A DNA stretch of 64,000 nt from a virus. Taxonomy: Duplodnaviria; Caudoviricetes. The stretch spans positions 1 through 64,000 of IMG/VR virus record IMGVR_UViG_3300032305_003086; one strand, given 5' to 3'. The notes beneath the pieces are model-generated. The model did not search any database and was not told the origin of the DNA. It saw only the letters and a list, made by a program, of their open reading frames with translations. Position 1 is the stretch's first letter; each line of letters opens with the position of its first letter. Below are positions 9,003-18,747 of the stretch, one piece after another. A program made the position numbers and the translations under genes.

Positions 9003-9947
9003 ATGAATTTTACAATTGGAAGCGATCCTGAATTTATATTAATTGATAATTCAAATAAAATAAAAAGTGCCATAGGAATAGTAAAAGGAACAAAAAATAA
9101 AAGAATAAAAATAGATCAAATAGATTTTTATTACGATAATGTTTTAGCCGAATGCACAATAAAACCAGCAAAAAATAAAGAAGAATTCGTATCTAATATT
9201 AAAAAATCATTAAATATTTATAAAAAATTAGTAAGCCCTTATAAAATATCAGCTCTATCATCTGCTTACTTTTCATCTGAAGATCTGTTACACAAAGATG
9301 CAAGAAAATCAGGCTGTGCTGTTGAGTATTGTGCTTATTCGTTGGGAACTATTTCTCCTAAAAAGATTGACAAAATATTAAACTCAACAAAACTAAGAAC
9401 TGCCGGTGGGCATGTTCACTTAGGAACGGAACTAGGCAAAAAGCACGAGTCTTGTCTGATGCTTGTGAGGATGCTTGATTTATTTTTAGGATTTGCTTTT
9501 TTATTGTTAGATAATTCAAAAGAAAGCATAGAAAGAAGAAAGGTTTACGGATCTGCGGGTCGTTATCGTCAACCGATCCATGGTGTTGAGTATAGAACTC
9601 TAGGAAACTTTTGGCTATCAAGTCCAAAATTAGCAGAACTTGTTTATGAGCTTTGTGAGTTTACAATAAATTTCACAAATGAAAATAAACATGAAAATTT
9701 TTGGAAGATAGATCAAGAAAAACTAAATTCAGATGATTTTTGGAATAATGGAGGGGATCCATCTCAATGTCATAGTTGCTATGGTTATGACTCAAAAAAA
9801 TTTAGAAATTTATTTATAGATCAAAATTGCTCTTATAAAAAAGATATAGAAGAAATATTTAATTTTTATATTGATGATCGAATAAAAAACAAGATATCAA
9901 ATTTATCAAATAATAAAAGTTATGATATTTATAAAGAATGGGATTAG
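9003..9947 (+). CDS. phiEco32-like COOH-NH2 ligase type 2
   Basis: IGSDPEF, DNVLAE, RTAGGHVHLG, RRKVYGSAGRYR and GVEYRTLGNFW. Start at ATG 9003 after AAGGAG. Confidence 0.85.
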   Translation: MNFTIGSDPEFILIDNSNKIKSAIGIVKGTKNKRIKIDQIDFYYDNVLAECTIKPAKNKEEFVSNIKKSLNIYKKLVSPYKISALSSAYFSSEDLLHKDARKSGCAVEYCAYSLGTISPKKIDKILNSTKLRTAGGHVHLGTELGKKHESCLMLVRMLDLFLGFAFLLLDNSKESIERRKVYGSAGRYRQPIHGVEYRTLGNFWLSSPKLAELVYELCEFTINFTNENKHENFWKIDQEKLNSDDFWNNGGDPSQCHSCYGYDSKKFRNLFIDQNCSYKKDIEEIFNFYIDDRIKNKISNLSNNKSYDIYKEWD

Positions 9948-10409
9948 CTATCTTTTAGGCCCTGTTTTCAACTTTACCGGGCTAAGCTTTTCTTGATGAT
10001 TGTCTTTTTTATTTTTTAATTCATTCATAAGAGACTTGAGTTCTTTAACTATCTCAGAAGAACTATCAGAATTGCACTTTTGTGACTTTTGAATGCTAAT
10101 TGTTTTTCTATCTTTATTATAAAATCCTTTTGAAACTATAAAGCAACCTCCTTGAACTTCGGGATTAAAACTGACCATTCCGACCCATTCTCCGTCATCC
10201 CAATTTCTAGAAGAAACAAGAACTCTAAAAGGCTCTTTTTCAAAAACAATCTTAACATGGTAACCAGCTTTTTTCATCCCAGCACTTACATAACCTAAAG
10301 ATATTTTGGCAAATCCATTTAAAATATCTTTAATGTTGGTGTTATAATCAACACCAACAGAATATCTTGAATTATTTTCTTTTAATAATTGCCATTCAGA
10401 GAATTTCAT
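9948..10409 (-). CDS. Hypothetical protein with capsid-targeting-like N-terminus
   Basis: Likely start MKFSEWQLLKE at 10409, just after an AATATATA box. Confidence 0.7.
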   Translation of the reverse strand: MKFSEWQLLKENNSRYSVGVDYNTNIKDILNGFAKISLGYVSAGMKKAGYHVKIVFEKEPFRVLVSSRNWDDGEWVGMVSFNPEVQGGCFIVSKGFYNKDRKTISIQKSQKCNSDSSSEIVKELKSLMNELKNKKDNHQEKLSPVKLKTGPKR

Positions 10410-10452
10410 AATATTATATATTATAATTCCATCTAGTTTTCCCACAGTCCCA

Positions 10453-11343
10453 TTAGTCTAGACTGATATATGGCAAATCACCAAATTTATTAATTAAATC
10501 TTCAAACCATTTCTGCCTATCTTCTCTGGCTTCTTGTAATAATTGTTGACCATCCATAGCAACACTGCCACCTGCTCCTGGGACACTTTGATATTTACTT
10601 CTAATTCTGCCTAGGATTTCTTTCGCATATGTTAGTGCCCCTTCCTGCATAGCCTGGGTGACTTCCGCCCAATCTTTTTGCTTTTGTATATAATGAACTA
10701 TTACTTTTTGGTTTCTAAATGGAACAGGATATAATTTAATTGTTCCAAAACCTCCTAGAAATTCCCAACCCCCCAGGTTAGAACTTGTTCTGCTATACAT
10801 TTGCTCATACTGTTTGTATAAAACCCATTCTCCCATTCTTCCCCAAATTGGCTGAATCGGGTCAATCATGCCGCCTTGAATGCTTCCATAAGCACCACCT
10901 GGATAGAAATATTCTATCGGAATCGCGCCATTTAAATCACTGCTTTGAAAAGCAAAACTGCCTGTTTCTTTATAGAATACATTTCTAATCATTCCTACTT
11001 CTGGTGGCATTTCATAAACGCTCTTTCCAGGAACAGTTGGAAATACATAATATGAAAAATATTCTCTACCTGCGTAGTCTTCGAAAACTTTCATAGCTTG
11101 ATCAACACAAAAATCTAAATTTTGTTCATCAAATTCAAGCTTAACAACAGGTGCTCCAAGCATATGAAGGCAATATTCTTTTATTTGCTCTCTAACTTTT
11201 TCCCTTTGTCTTCTTGGACCTAATTTATTTTTATTTAAAGGATCTACTGGTCCTAGATCACTACAAGAAGAGGAACAAGACATGGAAGCCATGTTGTCTT
11301 TACTTGGTCTATTTACTGCTAATGTATTATTTCCACAACCCAT
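10453..11343 (-). CDS. gp13: Neck protein (T4 gp13-like)
   Basis: IKEYCLHMLGAPVVKLE, AKEILGRIRSKY and GGSVAMDGQQLLQEA match the gp13 pattern. Confidence 0.85.
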   Translation of the reverse strand: MGCGNNTLAVNRPSKDNMASMSCSSSCSDLGPVDPLNKNKLGPRRQREKVREQIKEYCLHMLGAPVVKLEFDEQNLDFCVDQAMKVFEDYAGREYFSYYVFPTVPGKSVYEMPPEVGMIRNVFYKETGSFAFQSSDLNGAIPIEYFYPGGAYGSIQGGMIDPIQPIWGRMGEWVLYKQYEQMYSRTSSNLGGWEFLGGFGTIKLYPVPFRNQKVIVHYIQKQKDWAEVTQAMQEGALTYAKEILGRIRSKYQSVPGAGGSVAMDGQQLLQEAREDRQKWFEDLINKFGDLPYISLD

Positions 11344-11358
11344 AAAAAAATTCTCCTA

Positions 11359-11370
11359 CAATATATATTG
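11359..11370. promoter_or_regulatory. Palindromic ATATATA late-promoter-like box
   Basis: CAATATATATTG between the gp13-like gene and the divergent ORF at 11393. Confidence 0.55.
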
Positions 11371-11392
11371 AAAGCAAACTATATTACATTTG

Positions 11393-11692
11393 ATGTTTTG
11401 GTCAAATTATTTCTCAAATCCAAATTCGATTCATGTAAAGAAGTACCTATACGAGGTATTAAAAGAGAAATATACAGAAAATGAAAAATTTATAGAGAGA
11501 ATTTCTAGTCAATTAATTTTACAAACAGACGCTCAAGATTTTGTCAAACTTGCAGGAGATCTTTTTCAAAAAGGATATATGATTGCATTAGAACAACACA
11601 AAGAGGCGTTGGCAAAAGTAGGAATGAATGTAAAAGTTAGTGCAGATTCGAACGGTAAAAATAAAATTTTTCAATCAGAAAAATCAGGGTGA
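11393..11692 (+). CDS. Hypothetical protein
   Basis: About 99-aa helical ORF filling the intergenic space. Confidence 0.6.
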   Translation: MFWSNYFSNPNSIHVKKYLYEVLKEKYTENEKFIERISSQLILQTDAQDFVKLAGDLFQKGYMIALEQHKEALAKVGMNVKVSADSNGKNKIFQSEKSG

Positions 11693-12378
11693 TCTTGTGA
11701 TGGGGCTGTGGTGAATAGATATCCACCTTCTTTTTCTTCTTTTTTGACAACTTTCCACCATCTGTATTCGTCAAAAGGAACCCTATCATATGAATCGATT
11801 TCTTGATTATAAATTTCGTATGAAAAAGGATAAACAATCGATTTTTCTGATATTTGATTTTTTGGATCGCTAGTCCAAAATTCCATTCGCAAATCATTAT
11901 TTGAAATCATTACAGAGGGAAAAATAAATTTCTCTCCGTACTTAATAGTTTGCCAACTTTCACCATAAAATTTATCTTTATTTTCTCTTATTTTTACAGG
12001 AAGACAATGCATAAGAACCTTTACTTTTAGTAAAGGCAATTTAAATTCTTCTTTTGTTTCTTCTACTTCAATTGCTTCAATTGGTGGCATTTCTGCTTCA
12101 TTGGGAATTGCCTCTACTTCTTTTATTTCTTCTTTCGGAATGTTAACTTTAGGAATGTCAAATTTTGAAGCTTCTTGAGAAGGAGAAGGAATAACGATTT
12201 CTTTATTTTTAATTTTTGAATCAGGGGATTTTACTTTAGATTCTCTTTTCCATATTATCTCATTCCAAGTAAAATTGTGAAAAACGCATTTGTCTAAATC
12301 TATTTTTTGTTGATCTTTAACAAGCTTATTAGGTCCCTCTAAAACATAAACATTGCCATCTTTTTTCTTAATTGTCAT
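11671..12378 (-). CDS. Hypothetical protein
   Basis: 235 aa; N-terminus MTIKKKDGNVY resembles the start of the gp14-like protein. Confidence 0.7.
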   Translation of the reverse strand: MTIKKKDGNVYVLEGPNKLVKDQQKIDLDKCVFHNFTWNEIIWKRESKVKSPDSKIKNKEIVIPSPSQEASKFDIPKVNIPKEEIKEVEAIPNEAEMPPIEAIEVEETKEEFKLPLLKVKVLMHCLPVKIRENKDKFYGESWQTIKYGEKFIFPSVMISNNDLRMEFWTSDPKNQISEKSIVYPFSYEIYNQEIDSYDRVPFDEYRWWKVVKKEEKEGGYLFTTAPSQDHPDFSD

Positions 12379-12825
12379 CTAATTTTCTCTGTGGTGTTTG
12401 AGGCAGGGATATAAGTATTGATATTTGGATTTATGGTTGAATCCAAATTGCCCATTGTTTTCTAAAGGATTACTATCAGACTTATTTTGTAATTCACTTT
12501 CGCCTCCTACGTATACAGAACCTTTTTTTATATTTTCAAGCATATTTTTAATACTTTCGTGTAAAGATTTAGAATATGATATTTGATAAACTTTTGGTTC
12601 GCTTTTTTTGTTTATAATGGGATTGGAGTTTTTTGATTCTAATTCTTCGCCCAATAAGAAAATAGATCCATCAGAATTTGGGTCTGGCTCTTCTATCTGT
12701 GCCCAGTAAACAATGTATTTGTTTGGTAGTGGATCTTTTGAAGATAGGCCTAAATAATAACAAAAAATAGAAGAGGTGCTAATTAATACAATAAAAATCC
12801 ACCACTTTAAAAAAATAGTTTTCAC
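12379..12825 (-). CDS. Hypothetical membrane-anchored protein
   Basis: GTG start after GAGGAGG; N-terminal hydrophobic helix. Confidence 0.65.
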   Translation of the reverse strand: MKTIFLKWWIFIVLISTSSIFCYYLGLSSKDPLPNKYIVYWAQIEEPDPNSDGSIFLLGEELESKNSNPIINKKSEPKVYQISYSKSLHESIKNMLENIKKGSVYVGGESELQNKSDSNPLENNGQFGFNHKSKYQYLYPCLKHHREN

Positions 12826-12879
12826 AAAGCCTCCTCTTCAACAAATTATATATCAAATGGAAAAAAAATAAAAAAACTA

Positions 12880-12890
12880 CAATATATAAA
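12880..12890 (+). promoter_or_regulatory. ATATATA late-promoter-like box
   Basis: CAATATATAAA upstream of the neck operon; the same 11-mer occurs at 13902..13912. Confidence 0.55.
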
Positions 12891-12913
12891 TTAGACTAAT
12901 ATAGGAGAAATTT

Positions 12914-13315
12914 ATGGCTTTAGTAGTTCCTGATCAGGGGGAAGTTAGACTTCTACAATACATCGTAAATAAAAATAGTCCTACTAATTTAGTGCTTCAT
13001 TTATACACAAATGATGTGGCTTTATTGACGGATGAATTTAGCACAGGAAGCTTTACAGAAGCCACGGCAACTGGATATTCTTCGGTAACACTAACTGGTG
13101 CTGGTTGGACAGCTTCAACAACAGCAGGCATAAGTGCTGCATTATATGGAACAGGAATAACATTTAGTTTTTCTGTCGGTCAAAATGTTCAAGGTTACTA
13201 TGTAACAGACACATCTAATAACATTTTATGGGCCGAAGAATTTCCTGGCGCTCCTTTCCAATTGCCAAATGCGGGCGGCGATATAGCAATTAGACCACAA
13301 ATTCAATTAAGTTAA
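12914..13315 (+). CDS. Putative virion structural protein
   Basis: 133 aa, T/G/S-rich beta protein, AGGAG RBS, late box upstream, first gene of the neck operon. Confidence 0.65.
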   Translation: MALVVPDQGEVRLLQYIVNKNSPTNLVLHLYTNDVALLTDEFSTGSFTEATATGYSSVTLTGAGWTASTTAGISAALYGTGITFSFSVGQNVQGYYVTDTSNNILWAEEFPGAPFQLPNAGGDIAIRPQIQLS

Positions 13316-13338
13316 TTTATAAATAAACATGGAGGTAT

Positions 13339-13893
13339 ATGGCACTAAAAAATCCAGATGGAAGTCCTTACAAACCAATCGGAAGTTTAGAACAATTTGA
13401 TCCAGACAATCCTGAGAGGTGTTTATGGAACACTTGGGATGCAGAATGGATTAAGATATATGGATCTCCAATATTTTATTATGAAGTTTTTATTCAAACT
13501 GGATCTCTGGACCGTGTCTACAGAGAGGATAGAGGTAAGCTTTGGTCAAACAACCCAATAACTCTCTATGCTAGTTACGAGCCAATTCCTGGGCAGAATT
13601 ACCAAAGTGCTTTTGGAATAGATTCTCCTGATGAGATGGTATTTGATCTAAATTATAGGGATGTTTTAGAAAAAATAGGACATCCTCCGAAAATAGGATC
13701 TAGAATTTATACTCCACACAGAAAAGAAGATTGGGTTATAATTCAAAGAAATATTGGAGAAACTATGCTATGGAGTCAGCTTAGAATCCAAATTCTGTGT
13801 CAGAGATTCCAAGAAAATATAACGACAGGAGAAGGTAGAGTCACAGAAAAGAAACCAGAGTTCGATCTAAATCAAGCAAATCAAAAAAAATAA
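13339..13893 (+). CDS. gp14: Neck / head-closure protein (T4 gp14-like)
   Basis: IKIYGSPIFYY, VYRED, FGIDSPDE, PKIGSRIYTP; lies just before the gp15-like gene. Confidence 0.7.
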   Translation: MALKNPDGSPYKPIGSLEQFDPDNPERCLWNTWDAEWIKIYGSPIFYYEVFIQTGSLDRVYREDRGKLWSNNPITLYASYEPIPGQNYQSAFGIDSPDEMVFDLNYRDVLEKIGHPPKIGSRIYTPHRKEDWVIIQRNIGETMLWSQLRIQILCQRFQENITTGEGRVTEKKPEFDLNQANQKK

Positions 13894-13929
13894 TACTTAA
13901 ACAATATATAAAAATAAATTGAGGTTTTT

Positions 13930-14253
13930 ATGAGTAAACAAATAAGAAAATGGATAAAGGAAAAGAAAAACGAATTAAAAGAGCAGTCTTTGATTGAAAG
14001 TGAAAATTTAATGCAAACTCAGCCTCAACAGACTCAACAAGAGCCTCAACAGAACATTAATCAAGAAGCAAATCGTTTCATGAAATTAGTTAAACAATTA
14101 TCCGTGAAATTTGGCGAGAAATCAACAGTTAGATACACTCCTTTGATTCGCTATGTTTCTAGAAATCCCAAGATGCTAGAATTACTAGAAGAGCTTTTAG
14201 AAAAGTCAAGCCAACTGCAGTCTAGCATAGGCAAAAAAGTATTTGGTAATTAA
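13930..14253 (+). CDS. Hypothetical Gln-rich protein
   Basis: 107 aa, GAGG RBS, CAATATATA box upstream. Confidence 0.65.
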   Translation: MSKQIRKWIKEKKNELKEQSLIESENLMQTQPQQTQQEPQQNINQEANRFMKLVKQLSVKFGEKSTVRYTPLIRYVSRNPKMLELLEELLEKSSQLQSSIGKKVFGN

Positions 14254-14372
14254 TGTTTTTTATTCCAAAATATAACTCTTGGAAATTTAGGTTTTTTAAG
14301 ACCTAAATTAATTTTAATAAAAGGCTTTACCTTGGTTTTATTTATAGTTTTTTTAATTTTAAAGTGTTTCAT
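14250..14372 (-). CDS. Small Lys-rich peptide (40 aa)
   Basis: MKHFKIKKTINKTKVKPFIKIKLGLKKPKFPRVIFWNKKH; below the ORF-track cutoff; ACTAAATA box 6 nt upstream. Confidence 0.4.
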   Translation of the reverse strand: MKHFKIKKTINKTKVKPFIKINLGLKKPKFPRVIFWNKKH

Positions 14373-14373
14373 T

Positions 14374-14401
14374 TAACTTATTTAGTTTACTAAATAAGTT
14401 A
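14374..14401. promoter_or_regulatory. Perfect inverted repeat forming back-to-back ACTAAATA late-promoter-like boxes
   Basis: TAACTTATTTAGT-tt-ACTAAATAAGTTA between divergent ORFs. Confidence 0.6.
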
Positions 14402-14414
14402 GTAAGGAAAAGCC

Positions 14415-15401
14415 ATGTCTAAAAACCAAGAAAAAAAGCTGCACGATTGCAATCCAACAAGTCCAATTCAATCAAGTATAAACAACGATAAAGTTCAACC
14501 TCAATGTGGAAAGCAAGAAGATTCATTAAAATCTCCGCATGGTGGTGATCTGGGTTGGTTGGAAGAATCAGCAAATAAAAAAATAGGCTTAGGACACGAA
14601 GCTCAATGCGATCCTATGCAAACTGGGCAGATAGTGGAGGATCTTAAAAATCCAACAAAAGATGCTCTTTACAGATATTCGAAAAGCATACGTGGTTGTG
14701 ATGAAGCAATGCTAGATTTATTTAATAATGTGTCTGTAATAGATGAAGATGGTAAGGCACATAAAGTTCCAATAATTTGGGGGACACAAGAAAAAGCAGT
14801 CGCTTGGATCTTACAAGACAATACAAGAAAAGATGGAAGTTTAGTTGTAGAAAGAATAAGACTTCCAGCAATGGCAATTTATGGTTCAGGAATAGAATTT
14901 GATTCTACAAGGTACACCTATCACAGAGCTATAGATTATTTAAGACAATTAAGACCAGATAATAAGCCTGGATTTACGATTAAAGAAAAATATGAAAGAG
15001 ACACTGTTTTTGGCGTATCAAGAGGAATACCCGTAAATAAGACATATACTCTTCTTATTTGGACGATGTTTATGGAAGACATTGATCAAATTTTAGAACA
15101 AATATTTTTAAAATTTTCTCCTATTGCATATATAACTACGCGTGGAGTTCATTGGGAAACTACGGTTTCTATGGATTCTGTTGCAAACAACATAGATTAT
15201 GAACCGGGCGATCAAAATCAACGAATTATAAAATACGAAATAAATTTGACCGCTCGAACATATATACCACAGCCGATCATTCGTAAGAAGTCGGTTTTGC
15301 AAACAAAAGTTGACCTTTACAATAATGTAGAGGAAGACAAGATCACGGATGTTTTGGGACGATTAGAAGATGCTGTTGAAGAATTTAGAAAAGGGCAATA
15401 A
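14415..15401 (+). CDS. gp15: Tail terminator / sheath stabilizer (T4 gp15-like)
   Basis: LFNNVSV, KVPIIWG, RLPAMA, DQILEQIFLKFSP; lies before the sheath gene. Confidence 0.8.
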   Translation: MSKNQEKKLHDCNPTSPIQSSINNDKVQPQCGKQEDSLKSPHGGDLGWLEESANKKIGLGHEAQCDPMQTGQIVEDLKNPTKDALYRYSKSIRGCDEAMLDLFNNVSVIDEDGKAHKVPIIWGTQEKAVAWILQDNTRKDGSLVVERIRLPAMAIYGSGIEFDSTRYTYHRAIDYLRQLRPDNKPGFTIKEKYERDTVFGVSRGIPVNKTYTLLIWTMFMEDIDQILEQIFLKFSPIAYITTRGVHWETTVSMDSVANNIDYEPGDQNQRIIKYEINLTARTYIPQPIIRKKSVLQTKVDLYNNVEEDKITDVLGRLEDAVEEFRKGQ

Positions 15402-15625
15402 TGATTGAAATAAGAAATAAAACAAGAGGTCCGGTACAACTTGTGATTAAATCAAAAAAAGCTCCTAAAGCCTTCACGACACTAAACATTCCAGGAATAG
15501 GTGCTGGTAACAATACTTATTTGCTGGAAGATGAACGAAACACAGAGTATGTTGAACGTGCAGAAAAAATGGGGTTGATTTCAACGCGACACTTAACAAA
15601 AAAAGAATTGAACAAGGGAGAATAA
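15401..15625 (+). CDS. Hypothetical protein, probably structural
   Basis: 74 aa, translationally coupled (TAATG), between the gp15-like and sheath genes. Confidence 0.7.
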   Translation: MIEIRNKTRGPVQLVIKSKKAPKAFTTLNIPGIGAGNNTYLLEDERNTEYVERAEKMGLISTRHLTKKELNKGE

Positions 15626-15629
15626 GATT

Positions 15630-18056
15630 ATGGCAATTCTAAAAGGCTTTCCACCTTCAAACACAATTTCACCATCTGTTCGAATAACAGAGAAAGATTT
15701 GAGCTTCATAGCTCCAGATCAATCTTTTCATCGAGCAGGCATTGTTGGTTTTGCTAGTAAAGGTCCAATAAACATTCCGACTACGATCTCATCTAGAAGA
15801 CAGCTAAACACTGTATTCGGATACCCGCATCCAGAGAGTGGAGATCCATATCTAATATATGCTGCAGAGCAGTATCTACTAGTAGCAAATGAACTTTATA
15901 TTGTTCGTGTAGCTTCTACCGATGCAGTTGACTCAGAAGCAGCATCAGCAGCTTCAGCAGATGTTATTAGTGCTGGCGGTCAAGTAATGATAACATCGAC
16001 AGTAGCACAAAATTATAATTTTGTCAAAACAAGTTACTTCAAATGGAGACTAAATGGAGTTTTGGCATCCAAAACTTTAGTAGTTCTAAAAAATAGTGAT
16101 CATCCTGATGAAGTGGTTAGAGATAATGGATATAGCGCTGCTCAATTGGCAGAAGATTTAAGTTCGCAACTAAATAGAGAAGTTGATGGAATTGAATTCT
16201 TTGCTACCGATGATCCAAATCCAGCAATTGGTGTTAGAACTGTATTCTCTTTCGGTCCAAATGCAAGTCTAGAATTGGTTTCAGTTCAAGACGCAATATA
16301 TGGCGGAAACGTAGAAAATGAAGGAAATAGCAATGTAAATATAAATATAACTGGGCTAGGCCAGGGAATGACAGTTGCTCAAATGACAGGTTCTGTCGGT
16401 GGAAATTTCAATTTATCAAGTATTACAGATTCAGATATACAAGTAGTTGTTGATGGAACTGATAATGTAAACATAGATAATGTTGTTCAAGTTTTAGATC
16501 TTTCAAATTATGATGGAAACGCCTCTCTTTCTGTTGGAGATCTAGCAACAACTATCAATAATATTATTTCATCTGGCGAAGTTCCTGGTGGGTTTGAGGC
16601 AGTAGCCGTTGGAAATAATCTATCTTTTAGAACTCTACATCATGGAAGAGACGCAAGAATACTAGTAAAAGAAGAAAGTTCACTATTTAGAACTTTAGGA
16701 TTTGATCGTCCTTTATCAATTCCATCAAGCGAATCATCTGAAGCTGGAGTATATATAACAGCTTCTGGTTCTACTCCGAGTGGTGTAACCGATAATGCTG
16801 ACATAACTGATCTAGGATTAGTATATGGCAACTTTAGCTCCTCTGGACCTGTTTCTTTGACAATAAGAGCAGATAGTCCAGGAATAGATGGAAATTCCAC
16901 ACAAGTAGTTATTAGAAACAACATTAGAGAAGGAAACTTCATAATGGAAGTTTATAATAATGGAGTTCAAGTGGAATCATGGGGAAATCTTACAAAGAAT
17001 GAAACAAGTAGATATTATGTAGAAACATTTTTATCTCTAGTTTCTGACTTCGTAAAAGTATCAGACAATACAGCAAATCCAGCACCACCACTTGACGGAA
17101 CATATGCCCTAGCAGGTGGAAGTGACGGAATACCATCGGATCCAGATGATCAAGATAGCTTGATGATAGGAAATTTATTGGGAATGACTGGAATCTATGC
17201 TCTTAGCGAACCAGAACAGATTGATCTAGATCTTGTTGCTGTTCCTGGACATTCTTCAACTGGGGTTATCTTAGCTCTAATTGATATGTGCCAGAATCTA
17301 AGATCAGATTGCATGGCTATTATCGATCCGCCATTTGGACTAACTGTAAAAGAAATTGTTCAATGGCAGAACGGTTCTCACCCACTAAACACAACAAGAT
17401 TTGACTCTGACTTTGCGGCTTTATATTGGCCATGGGTCAAGATCAGAGATACATTCAATAATGTTGATGTTTGGATTCCACCAAGTGGATCTATTATGGC
17501 GGTTTATGCTAGAAATGACTTTTTGGCACGTCCTTGGTTTGCCCCTGCTGGGTTGAGCAGAGGTGCGGTTCCAAATATAACTGACGTTTATAGCAGGCCA
17601 ACATTGGAAGAAAGAGACTTAATGTACGGAAACAGAAATGCTGTCAATCCGATTGTTCAATATAGTGATACTCAAGACTTTGTTGTTTGGGGTCAAAAAA
17701 CACTTCAAAGAAAACCGACCGCTCTTGACAGAGTTAATGTTAGAAGATTGATGTTCTATATCGAAAAAAGAATTAGAGCGGCTTCAAGAACATTACTATT
17801 CGAACCACATGATGAAATTTTTCATCAAAGGTTCATAAGAATAGCAAAGGGAATTTTAGAAGAAGTTCAAGTAGGAAGAGGTCTAACCGACTTTATTATC
17901 AAAGCCGATTATGAACTCAATACACCCGATGTAATTGATAGAAATGAATTTAGAGCTAGAATTGGTGTTCAACCAACAAGAGCAGTAGAATTTATGTTTA
18001 TCGAATTTAGCATTCATAGAACTGGTAGTTTCAGTGAAACAGCTGAAAGCTTTTAG
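15630..18056 (+). CDS. gp18: Contractile tail sheath protein (T4 gp18-like)
   Basis: SPSVRITEKD, YWPWVK, PPSG, WFAPAGLSRG, WGQKTLQ, DRVNVRRL and FEPHD. Confidence 0.97.
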   Translation: MAILKGFPPSNTISPSVRITEKDLSFIAPDQSFHRAGIVGFASKGPINIPTTISSRRQLNTVFGYPHPESGDPYLIYAAEQYLLVANELYIVRVASTDAVDSEAASAASADVISAGGQVMITSTVAQNYNFVKTSYFKWRLNGVLASKTLVVLKNSDHPDEVVRDNGYSAAQLAEDLSSQLNREVDGIEFFATDDPNPAIGVRTVFSFGPNASLELVSVQDAIYGGNVENEGNSNVNINITGLGQGMTVAQMTGSVGGNFNLSSITDSDIQVVVDGTDNVNIDNVVQVLDLSNYDGNASLSVGDLATTINNIISSGEVPGGFEAVAVGNNLSFRTLHHGRDARILVKEESSLFRTLGFDRPLSIPSSESSEAGVYITASGSTPSGVTDNADITDLGLVYGNFSSSGPVSLTIRADSPGIDGNSTQVVIRNNIREGNFIMEVYNNGVQVESWGNLTKNETSRYYVETFLSLVSDFVKVSDNTANPAPPLDGTYALAGGSDGIPSDPDDQDSLMIGNLLGMTGIYALSEPEQIDLDLVAVPGHSSTGVILALIDMCQNLRSDCMAIIDPPFGLTVKEIVQWQNGSHPLNTTRFDSDFAALYWPWVKIRDTFNNVDVWIPPSGSIMAVYARNDFLARPWFAPAGLSRGAVPNITDVYSRPTLEERDLMYGNRNAVNPIVQYSDTQDFVVWGQKTLQRKPTALDRVNVRRLMFYIEKRIRAASRTLLFEPHDEIFHQRFIRIAKGILEEVQVGRGLTDFIIKADYELNTPDVIDRNEFRARIGVQPTRAVEFMFIEFSIHRTGSFSETAESF

Positions 18057-18091
18057 TAATTTCATAAATAAAAGAAATAGGAGAATATAAC

Positions 18092-18670
18092 ATGATTAAT
18101 ATGGGTATAGGCCAACTTGGAGGACCAAGCGTTCTCCATAAAAGAAAGTTTAGGTGGACGTTTGAAGTTTTTAAAGGCACTGGTAATGATGCTGTTGTTT
18201 TAGTTCCTGAACATTTTGTAAAAATGGCTGCTCGTCCAAATATTAGTATAGAAGAAACCGAAATTAATTTTCTAAATGCAAAGACCTATATTCCAGGAAA
18301 AGGCACTTGGGAAACAATTACGGTAACTTATTATGACGTTGCTGTTCAAAACGGAGAAGGAAATGTTGGTCTTTGGACATGGCTAGCTAATGTTTACGAC
18401 TACACAAATCCAGTAACACTAAAGCAAAACTCAATCAGACAAAACTATGCTGGAAATGCAGTTTGTACTTTGTATGATGGTTGCGGAGCTGCTTTAGAAC
18501 AATGGACTTTAGGTGACTGCTGGCCTCAGGCTGTCAACTTTGGTGAATTAGATTATTCTTCATCAGAAGAATGCACAATAGAAGTTACTATGAGATATTC
18601 AAATGTCGCTTATGCTTCTCTTTCTAGTTGCGTCAAAGAACCAAAACCAAATTGCGTCAGTTGCTCGTAA
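18092..18670 (+). CDS. gp19: Tail tube protein (T4 gp19-like)
   Basis: KRKFRW, RPNISIEE, WETITVT, WPQAVNFGELDYS; directly follows the sheath gene. Confidence 0.9.
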   Translation: MINMGIGQLGGPSVLHKRKFRWTFEVFKGTGNDAVVLVPEHFVKMAARPNISIEETEINFLNAKTYIPGKGTWETITVTYYDVAVQNGEGNVGLWTWLANVYDYTNPVTLKQNSIRQNYAGNAVCTLYDGCGAALEQWTLGDCWPQAVNFGELDYSSSEECTIEVTMRYSNVAYASLSSCVKEPKPNCVSCS

Positions 18671-18685
18671 TTTTATTATTTTATA

Positions 18686-18723
18686 TTACAAGAGGGTTCA
18701 GATTAATTTGAACCCTCTTGTAA
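18686..18723 (+). terminator. Hairpin terminator between the two tube genes
   Basis: ttacaagagggttca-loop-tgaaccctcttgtaa, 15-bp stem. Confidence 0.75.
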
Positions 18724-18747
18724 ACTTTTAATAAACAAAGGAAAAAT

